Shown piece after piece: positions 16,727-23,629 of a stretch of DNA of 23,629 nucleotides (position 1 is the stretch's first letter; each line of letters begins with the position of its first letter). Location: the NCBI GenBank assembly GCA_037440005.1, contig JBBIUY010000005.1, positions 1 to 23,629 on the forward strand, in the 5' to 3' direction. The DNA is from Armatimonadota bacterium. Its GTDB lineage: Bacteria > Sysuimicrobiota > Sysuimicrobiia > Sysuimicrobiales > Kaftiobacteriaceae. The notes beneath the pieces were generated by a model. It was given only the letters and a program-made list of their open reading frames with translations. It was not told where the DNA came from and made no database searches. Both the position numbers and the translations under genes were made by a program.

Positions 16727-19324
16727 CTACTTGAGCACCGCCAGTTCCACGGGCTCCACCTTGCGGTAGACGTCGCGGGGGTGGCGGAGCGTGCCGTCCA
16801 CGGTCAGCAGCCGCTCGATGGGGATGTCGAACAGCCTCTCGTTTTCCTGCAGGTACGGGAGGATGGTGGCCCAGTCGGCGTCGGTCAGCTCGGCGTAGCG
16901 CCCCCCGTTGAGCTGCTCCTCGTCCAGGCGGCGGTGCGGGTCGCGGACGTAGATGGCGCCGCCGCTGGCCAGGGAAAACAGGTTGCCGCCGGGATAGGGC
17001 ACCTCCAGGTCCACGATGGTCCCGTCGGGCTCGACGCGGATGCCGTTGAGGATGCAGAATCCCCCGCCGTGCAGGGGGTCTCCGGCCATGAACGACTCGG
17101 CCAGGTAGTCCAGGGCGGTGCCGTTGATGACCACCCGCGGCCGCCCCACCGCGTTGATCAGCGGGCGGCCGGCCGCATTGCCCAGGATGTAGACCTCCCC
17201 GCCCTTGGCGCCGTACAGCAGGGTCTGGCCCACGCTGCCGTGGATGACCAGGCGGCCGGCCTTGAGGATCTGGCCCACCTGGTCCTGGGCGTCGCCGTGC
17301 ACGCAGATCTCCATGCCGTCCAGCCCCGAGCCCAGGTAGTCGCCGGAGCTGCCGTAGACGTCCACCCGCACGCCGTCGGTGCGGGGGCCGAACCCCACCC
17401 CGATGAACCGCTGGCCCCGGACGTTGAACACCACAAGCCGCCGCCAGCCCGCCTCGTAGGCGGCCACCAGAGCCCGGGCCAGGCTGTCGGGGCCCTCGGA
17501 GGGGAAGCCCTCGGCGTCCACCACCAGGGTGTGGCCCGGCTCCGGTGGGGAAGCCAGCGCCGGCCGGCCCTCCCAGGTCAGCCGGTGCCAGGGGCCGTCG
17601 GCGGGGAAGAGGGGCACCTCCCGCAGGACGCCGTACAGGGCCCCGTGCAGCAGCGCCAGCACCGAGCTGCGCTTCTTGCGCCCGGTGGGCAACCGCCGGT
17701 CCACCAACCACGTCAGGACCGCCACCGCCGCCTCCCGCGCCTGCTGGTCGCGCCGGGCGCGGTGGCGCAGGGCCCGCAGCCAGCCCACCAGCGTCTCGTA
17801 GTCCCACTCCGCGAGCCCGCGGCGGGCCTGCGCGCGCAGGGCGTCTTCGGAACCGAGGTCGGGGGAGGGCGCGCCGGAGGCGCCGCTGACCGGGCGGGCG
17901 GCCAGGGCCGGCGAGCGCAGGCGGATCAGGGGCACGTAGGGCTCCTGCCCGGGCGGGACCGAGACCCGCTCGCCGAACTTGTTGGTGCAGGTCAGGGCGC
18001 CGTCGGGGGTGACCGTGAATACGAACGCGCCCCCGTCGGTGTACGACCCGCCCCGGGCGTTCCAGTACAGGTCGGCCACCGGCCCCACCCGGGGGTCTTC
18101 GTGGTGGAGGCTGGCCAGGGCGGCGTCGATGGCCTGCTTCTCACTGGCGATCACCCCCACGTTCACCCCGGCGCCCTCCTGCAGGGCGAACACCTGCGGC
18201 CGCAGCATGGAAGTGTCGGTGATGCCGATCAGCTGCCAGGCGGCGCGGCCGGACGCGGCCGGGTCGGCGAGGGTGCGGGCGATGATGAAGAACCACGGCC
18301 CGTCGGGGGAGCCGTGCATGTGGACGGCCTGCAGGGCGCGGTAGGTCCGCCGGCGCTCGGGGGGCAGCATCAGGAAGTCCCGCTCGGTGGTGGGGGCCAG
18401 GGCCTCGATCACGTGCTCCAGAGGGTAGCCGTAGGTGCGGGCCCACAGGTCGAACAGCAGCACCGCCACCTCGGTGTCGGTGAGGAACAGCGGGTACAGG
18501 CCGCGCTGGGCCAGGTACTCGCTGACGGCGTGGTAGTTGGCGAAGTCGCCGTTGTGGACCAAGGCCACGTCCAGGGCCGCGAAGGGATGGGCGCCACCGG
18601 GGTGCCACACCCGCCCCTTGGTGGGGTAGCGCTGGTGGCCGATCCACACCCGGGCCTGCAGGTCCTCCAGGCGGTAGTAGCGCAGGGCCTGCTCGGCGTA
18701 GCCGACGATCTTGAACACCAGCAGGTCCCGTCCGTAGGACAGGACGAACGCCCGGCGGCGGTCCCCGGCGTACAGGGTCCGGTTGAGGCGGAAGGCCCAC
18801 TGGGCGACGAACTCGTCCTCGGCCGCCCGCGGGTCCACCTCCTCCAGGCCGTGCTGCGCGACGAACGCGGCCAGGACGTCCTCTCGGACCCGGGCGAAGT
18901 ACCGCCACACGTCCGGGGGACGCACCTCCAGGCCCTCCACCTCCCGGTGGTCGTCCAGGGTGGGCACGCGGCCGCCGGCGCGGACGTCCAGGGCGGGCTC
19001 GACGAACTGCCGGACCACGTCGTCGTAGGCCGCCGGGTCCAGCAGCGCCACCTGGATCAGGTAGTCCTCGCGCAGGGTCCGCTCGCCCACGCCCATCTGC
19101 TCGGGCACCAGCCCCGCGGCGGCCAGCCCCCCGCCTTTGCCGTTGCCGCGGTTGTGCATCTGCCGGCAGGGCGCCAGGATGTGGTGGCCCCGCACCGGGA
19201 CCGTGCAGGCCAGCCCCACCACCCCGCATCCGCCCTCGGCCTCGGCCTTGCCCCGCGCGCCGGACGGGGGGGCGGGGAGGGAGGCGCGGGAGGCGATCAG
19301 CTTCCGGGCGGCCCGGGGGCTCAC
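16727..19324 (-). CDS. Glutamate synthase subunit: class-II glutamine amidotransferase fused to GXGXG beta-helix (GltB1+GltB3-like)
   Basis: Pro-sequence then EGG/CGVVG (N-terminal nucleophile Cys), HNRGNGKGGG, HQRYPT, VHNGDFANY, TDTE; C-terminal GQRFIG, GSSGDYLG, HGSVGQT, GNAAGR. GTG 19324 overlaps the upstream TGA; SD GGAGGGGG. Confidence 0.88.
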   Translation of the reverse strand: MSPRAARKLIASRASLPAPPSGARGKAEAEGGCGVVGLACTVPVRGHHILAPCRQMHNRGNGKGGGLAAAGLVPEQMGVGERTLREDYLIQVALLDPAAYDDVVRQFVEPALDVRAGGRVPTLDDHREVEGLEVRPPDVWRYFARVREDVLAAFVAQHGLEEVDPRAAEDEFVAQWAFRLNRTLYAGDRRRAFVLSYGRDLLVFKIVGYAEQALRYYRLEDLQARVWIGHQRYPTKGRVWHPGGAHPFAALDVALVHNGDFANYHAVSEYLAQRGLYPLFLTDTEVAVLLFDLWARTYGYPLEHVIEALAPTTERDFLMLPPERRRTYRALQAVHMHGSPDGPWFFIIARTLADPAASGRAAWQLIGITDTSMLRPQVFALQEGAGVNVGVIASEKQAIDAALASLHHEDPRVGPVADLYWNARGGSYTDGGAFVFTVTPDGALTCTNKFGERVSVPPGQEPYVPLIRLRSPALAARPVSGASGAPSPDLGSEDALRAQARRGLAEWDYETLVGWLRALRHRARRDQQAREAAVAVLTWLVDRRLPTGRKKRSSVLALLHGALYGVLREVPLFPADGPWHRLTWEGRPALASPPEPGHTLVVDAEGFPSEGPDSLARALVAAYEAGWRRLVVFNVRGQRFIGVGFGPRTDGVRVDVYGSSGDYLGSGLDGMEICVHGDAQDQVGQILKAGRLVIHGSVGQTLLYGAKGGEVYILGNAAGRPLINAVGRPRVVINGTALDYLAESFMAGDPLHGGGFCILNGIRVEPDGTIVDLEVPYPGGNLFSLASGGAIYVRDPHRRLDEEQLNGGRYAELTDADWATILPYLQENERLFDIPIERLLTVDGTLRHPRDVYRKVEPVELAVLK

Positions 19325-21789
19325 GACGGCACCCCCTCCGCCGGCCGGTCCAGGTACACCAGCAGGTCGGTCCGGCCCCGCAGCTCGCGGACCGAGCGCA
19401 GCCCCAGGCTGCGCAGCAGGTCCGCCAGCTGACGCGCCCACGCCCGGTACAGGTTGACGATGCGGCCCGCGGCCCAGGCCGGGTCGATCAGCCGGGACAG
19501 GTCCGGGTCGGTGGTGGTGATGCCGAACGGGCAGCCGCGCCCTTTTTCGCAGTCGGCCAGCCGCGTGCACCCGATCGCCACCAGGTCGGCCATGCCGATC
19601 ACCGCGCCGTCGGCGCCCAGGGCGATGCACTTGGCGATGTCGTAGGCGGTGCGGATGCCGCCGCTGGCCACCAGCACGATCTCGTCGCGGATGCCCTCCT
19701 GCTCCAGGAAGCGGTGCACCTTGGGGATGGCGTACTCGATGGGCATGGCGATGTTCTTCTTGGCGATCTCCGGCGCCGCCCCGGTCCCGCCGTAGCCGCC
19801 GTCCAGGTGGACGATGTGGGCGCCGGCGTAGTAGATGCCCACCGCCACCATGTCCACGTCGGTGGGGGTGCTGACCTTCACCGCCACCACCGCCCCGGGG
19901 TTGACGGTGCGGATCCAGTCCACGTGCTTTTTGTGGTCCTCCACCGAGTAGACGCTGTGGAAGGGGAAGGGGGAAAACAGCGACGTCCACGCCACCGCCT
20001 CCCGCATCAGCGCCACCGCCTCGGTGGTCTTCCCGCCCAGCAGGTGGCCGCCCAGGCCCGGCTTGGCGCCCTGGGCGTACTTGAACTCCACGAACCGCGC
20101 CCGCTGGATGGTCTCCTCCCTCACCCCGAACAGCCCCGTGGCCACCTGGGTGATGACGTGGTCGGCGTAGGGGACCAGCTCCTCGGGGTAGCCCCCCTCC
20201 CCGGTGCTGGTGAAGGTGCCCACCTCGCGCGCGGCCATGGCCCGCGCCAGCATGGTCTGCAGGCTCACCGAGCCAAACGACATCCCGCCCCCGTACCAGG
20301 GCACGGGGATGGTGATCTGCGGGCCGTCGCCGCGGCGGTTCAGCGGCAGGGACAGGTCCACCTCGGCGTCGGGGGGCAGGGCAGCCGGGTGGGGGCCGTC
20401 CAGCTCGCTGACGAAGCGCAGGACGTCGAACCCCCCGCCCGAGCGTCCCACCTGGTACTCCCCCTGGCGGGGCGGCTGCCCGGTGGCCGCCTGGACCCAG
20501 GTGGCCTGCAGCAGGTCCGCCGTCCACCGCAGGTCGCCCATGGTGGGGACCTCGGCCGGCGGCGGCTCGGGCGGCGCGGGCCGCACGTGCACGAACAACG
20601 ACCTGAACGCCCGCTCCTCCTCCGGGTAGAAGATCGCCCTCCCGGCCTCGCCGCGCAGCCGCCGGACCTCGCGCATGCCCATGGCGCCCAAGACCTCCAG
20701 CAGCTGGTCCCGCCAGGCGGCCATGAGGTTGACCAGGCGCCGCGCTCCCCACTCCGGGTCGAAGGCGCCGGCTTCCGCGGCGCAGGAGGTCCGGTCGGCC
20801 CACAGGGCGCACCCGAACGCCACCGGCAGGACGAAGTCCACCGCCACCAGGTCGGCGCCGCACACGATGGCCTTGGGCACGTGCTCGGCGGCGGCGATGC
20901 CGCCGCTGGCCAGGATCGTCACCTCGTCCCGGATGCCGCGGGCCACCAGGTGCCGGTGCACCTCCCGCAGGACGTCGGCGAGAAAGCCGCGCCGGCTGCG
21001 GCCGTACTCGTCGGCGGCCAGGTGCAGGACCTCGGCGCCCGCCCGCACCATCTCCTCCACCGCCTGCGGGTCGGCCCGGTCCAGGGGCAGGTACCACCCC
21101 ACCACCACCTCGGGCCGCGCGGCCTTGACGCGCGCGGCGGCCTGCGGGTCGGCCTCCTCCAGTTCCACGTACCGCGCCCGCTGCCACAGGGACGCGTGGC
21201 GGTCCAGGTCGGCCGGGCGCAGGCGCGGGGCCACCGCCCCGGCCGCGTCGGCGAGGTCGTCGCCCCACTGGTCGGGGGTCAGCACGGCCAGGGTGCCCAG
21301 CCGGTGCGCCGCCAGGACGGCGGCCCGCACGGGCGAGCGGGTCGGCGCGGGGAACGGGTAGGGATTGAACACCACCGGCAGCGGCAGGGTCACCAGCGCC
21401 AGGTCCGGCTCTTCTCCGGGCACCAGGGAGGGGGGCTTGCGGCCCACGTCCACGGCGGTGGAGATGTACTCGCGGCCGTGGATGCCGTCCCGGGTGGGGC
21501 GGACGATCTCGGACATGTCCAGCCAGATGGCGTCGAACCCCGGGCCCGCGAACGGGCCGCCGTAGCCGGCCCCCGAGATGGGGATCCGGCCGGTGGCGGC
21601 CATGTACCAGGTCTGGGTGATGATCTCCGGCGTCCAGTAGGGGTCGCCCCGCCCGGGCGTGGGGAAGGGCGGGTGGCCGTACTTGACGTACTCGTCGTTC
21701 TCCGCCAGCAAAAAGCGCGCCGGAGGCGCGAACGGCAGCGGCGCCGGGGCGGTGGCGATGTGGTAGCGCGACCGCAGCGGCCGGCTCAT
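19321..21789 (-). CDS. Glutamate synthase FMN-binding subunit (GltB2-like) with two tandem barrels
   Basis: Second half has GGMSFGS, STGEGG, QVATGLFGV, KYAQGAKPGLGGHLLG, DGGYGGTGAAP, ASGGIR, ALGAD and CTRLADCEKGRGCPFGITT. First half repeats ASGGI, VCGAD and G.R.VR.LRG. Confidence 0.88.
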   Translation of the reverse strand: MSRPLRSRYHIATAPAPLPFAPPARFLLAENDEYVKYGHPPFPTPGRGDPYWTPEIITQTWYMAATGRIPISGAGYGGPFAGPGFDAIWLDMSEIVRPTRDGIHGREYISTAVDVGRKPPSLVPGEEPDLALVTLPLPVVFNPYPFPAPTRSPVRAAVLAAHRLGTLAVLTPDQWGDDLADAAGAVAPRLRPADLDRHASLWQRARYVELEEADPQAAARVKAARPEVVVGWYLPLDRADPQAVEEMVRAGAEVLHLAADEYGRSRRGFLADVLREVHRHLVARGIRDEVTILASGGIAAAEHVPKAIVCGADLVAVDFVLPVAFGCALWADRTSCAAEAGAFDPEWGARRLVNLMAAWRDQLLEVLGAMGMREVRRLRGEAGRAIFYPEEERAFRSLFVHVRPAPPEPPPAEVPTMGDLRWTADLLQATWVQAATGQPPRQGEYQVGRSGGGFDVLRFVSELDGPHPAALPPDAEVDLSLPLNRRGDGPQITIPVPWYGGGMSFGSVSLQTMLARAMAAREVGTFTSTGEGGYPEELVPYADHVITQVATGLFGVREETIQRARFVEFKYAQGAKPGLGGHLLGGKTTEAVALMREAVAWTSLFSPFPFHSVYSVEDHKKHVDWIRTVNPGAVVAVKVSTPTDVDMVAVGIYYAGAHIVHLDGGYGGTGAAPEIAKKNIAMPIEYAIPKVHRFLEQEGIRDEIVLVASGGIRTAYDIAKCIALGADGAVIGMADLVAIGCTRLADCEKGRGCPFGITTTDPDLSRLIDPAWAAGRIVNLYRAWARQLADLLRSLGLRSVRELRGRTDLLVYLDRPAEGVPS

Positions 21790-23525
21790 GGAGCCCGGCG
21801 CGCCCCCGGACCGGCCGGGACCGCGGGCCGGTAGCGGTTGGTGATGGGCAGCCTCCGGTCTTTGCCGAAGGCCTTGGGGGTGATCTTCACCCCCGGCGGG
21901 GCCTGGCGGCGCTTGTACTCGTTGCGGTCCACCATCTCCACCACCTGGCGGACCACGTCCGCCGGAAAGCCCGCCGCCACGATCTCCTCGGGTGGTCTGT
22001 CCTCCTCCACGTACATCTTGAGGATGGGGTCCAGGACCTCGTACGCAGGCAGGGTGTCGGTGTCCTTCTGGCCCGGGCGCAGCTCGGCGGTGGGGGCCCG
22101 CTCCAGGACGCCCTCAGGGATGACCCGCCCCCGGCCGTTTCGCCAGCGGGCGAGCCGGTACACCAGCGTCTTGGGCACGTCCTTGATCACGGCAAACCCG
22201 CCCGCCATGTCCCCGTACAGGGTGGCGTAGCCCACGCTGAGCTCGCTCTTGTTGCCGGTGGTCAGGACCAGCCAGCCGAACTTGTTGGACAGGGCCATCA
22301 GCAGGGTGCCCCGGATGCGGGCCTGGAGGTTCTCCTCGGTGGCGTCGGCGGGCCGTCCGGCGAACACCGGGCGCAGGGTGTCCAGCAGGGCGGCGAAGGC
22401 GCCGTCGATGCCCAGCTCGATGAGCTCGGTGCCCAGGGCGGATGCCACCTCCCGGGCGTAGCGGCGGCTATCGGCGGAGCTGTACCGGGAGGGCATCCAC
22501 ACCGTGTGCACCCGCTGCGCCCCCAGGGCGTCGGCGGCGATGGTGGCCACCAGGGCCGAGTCCACCCCGCCCGACAGCCCCACCACCACGTCGGTGAACC
22601 CGTTCTTGCGCACGTAGTCCCGGGTGCCCAGGATCAGGGCGCGGTAGATCTCCTCGACGGGGTCCAGGGGCTCCGCCAGGCGCGGGGGGACGGGTCCGGA
22701 GCGGGCGGGGGCGATAGGAGGCAGCGGGTACAGCGGCCCGCCCTGCAGTCCGTCGTCGGGGAGGGGGACCGGGCGGGCGGCCCGCCGGCGGGCGAGGGCG
22801 TCGGTGTCGATGTCGCAGCAGATGAGGTCTTCCTCGAACTGCGGCCCCCGGGCCAGGACCGCGCCGGAGGGGTCGACGACCATGCTCATGCCGTCGAACA
22901 CCAGCTCGTCCTGGCCGCCCACCAGGTTCGTGTAGCACATCACCACCCCGTAGTCCCGGGCGCGGGCGGCCAGCATCTCCTCCCGCTCCCGCCACTTGCC
23001 GGCGTGGTAAGGCGACCCGTTGATGTTGAGGATCACCAGGGCCCCCGCCGCCGCCTCCGCCTGGCAGGGGCCTCCGGGGCTCCAGACGTCCTCGCAGATG
23101 GTGACGCCCACCGGGACGCCGTCGACCCGGAAGACCGGCGCCTGCCCTCCGGGGTGGAAGTAGCGCTTCTCGTCAAAGACGCCGTAGTTGGGCAGCCGGT
23201 GCTTGCGGTAAACCGCCACCCGCTCGCCGTCGGCCAGGACCGCCGCCGCGTTGTACAGGCGGTCGGCCTGCTCGGCGAACCCCACCACGGCCACGATGCC
23301 CCGGGTGTGCCGGACGATCTCGTCCAGGCAGGCCATGTTGGCCCGGACGAAGTCGGGCTTGAGCAGCAGGTCCTCGGGAGGATAGCCGGGGACGGCCAGT
23401 TCCGGGAAGCAGACGACGTGGGCCCCCAGGTCCCTGGCGGCGTCGATGGCGTCGCGGATGCGGCGGGTGTTGCCCTCCAGGTCGCCCACCGTGGTGTTGA
23501 TCTGGGCCATGCAGACGCGCAGCAT
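21786..23525 (-). CDS. nadE: Glutamine-dependent NAD+ synthetase
   Basis: Nitrilase-fold domain with E/K/C triad (FPELA, YRKHRLPNYGVFDE, ICEDVW) fused to the synthetase domain (GLSGGVDS, ENLQARIRG, TGNKSE, ATLYGD, EYKRRQ); ATG 23525. Confidence 0.97.
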   Translation of the reverse strand: MLRVCMAQINTTVGDLEGNTRRIRDAIDAARDLGAHVVCFPELAVPGYPPEDLLLKPDFVRANMACLDEIVRHTRGIVAVVGFAEQADRLYNAAAVLADGERVAVYRKHRLPNYGVFDEKRYFHPGGQAPVFRVDGVPVGVTICEDVWSPGGPCQAEAAAGALVILNINGSPYHAGKWREREEMLAARARDYGVVMCYTNLVGGQDELVFDGMSMVVDPSGAVLARGPQFEEDLICCDIDTDALARRRAARPVPLPDDGLQGGPLYPLPPIAPARSGPVPPRLAEPLDPVEEIYRALILGTRDYVRKNGFTDVVVGLSGGVDSALVATIAADALGAQRVHTVWMPSRYSSADSRRYAREVASALGTELIELGIDGAFAALLDTLRPVFAGRPADATEENLQARIRGTLLMALSNKFGWLVLTTGNKSELSVGYATLYGDMAGGFAVIKDVPKTLVYRLARWRNGRGRVIPEGVLERAPTAELRPGQKDTDTLPAYEVLDPILKMYVEEDRPPEEIVAAGFPADVVRQVVEMVDRNEYKRRQAPPGVKITPKAFGKDRRLPITNRYRPAVPAGPGARRAP

Positions 23526-23540
23526 CCGGCCGACGCCCCA

Positions 23541-23562
23541 CCTGTGGATTATACTCCACAGG
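23541..23562 (-). promoter_or_regulatory. nadE-operon -10 box (TATAAT, 23548-23553) embedded in a 22-bp palindrome (candidate operator)
   Basis: CCTGTGGATTATACTCCACAGG matches its reverse complement CCTGTGGAGTATAATCCACAGG at 20 of 22 positions. Confidence 0.7.
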
Positions 23563-23629
23563 ACCGGCCGGAGGCGGGAACAGGGCTCACGGCGGGGACG
23601 CGCGGCGGCCCGCCCCACGCCCCAACGTT

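Noticed and set aside
16422..16769. 115-aa ORF across the repeat array
   Set aside because: It only translates the repeats (VEGWRL, SRGR), has no RBS and runs into the 3' end of the glutamate synthase gene.
16727..21268. 1513-aa ORF as one giant protein or a frameshift fusion of the two glutamate synthase genes
   Set aside because: The first ~650 codons are Arg/Gly/Pro-rich off-frame shadow of the FMN-subunit gene. A GTG with a strong SD at 19324 explains the real start, and no slippery site was noticed.

Overview
Very GC-rich bacterial chromosomal window, mostly housekeeping; gene order suggests a Terrabacteria lineage, but this is inference. Plus strand: a KimA/YdaO-type K+ transporter with an extra C-terminal membrane hairpin, a small hypothetical gene, a QW-repeat (prenyltransferase/squalene-cyclase-like) protein, an asymmetric heterodimeric ABC exporter pair and another hypothetical gene. 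Minus strand: tRNA-Glu(CTC), and the run nadE, a two-gene split glutamate synthase (double FMN barrel; amidotransferase+GXGXG), an MFS transporter, mfd, a prsA/surA-like gene, an S4 protein, eno, divIC/ftsB and an S1 protein. Most unusual items: (1) a 189-bp-period repeat downstream of tRNA-Glu that duplicates the tRNA 3' end and carries antisense copies of the T-arm; (2) a glutamate synthase with a duplicated, half-degenerate FMN barrel, no ferredoxin motif and no gltD, translationally coupled to nadE behind a near-perfect 22-bp palindrome over the -10 box; (3) a nested 7-mer/REP-hairpin/8-mer array abutting the MFS start; (4) mirror-image divergent promoters at the tRNA; (5) a hairpin-rich ~330-bp eno-divIC spacer. 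No CRISPR array, transposase, integrase or defence gene was found. All calls are from reading the sequence; no searches were run.
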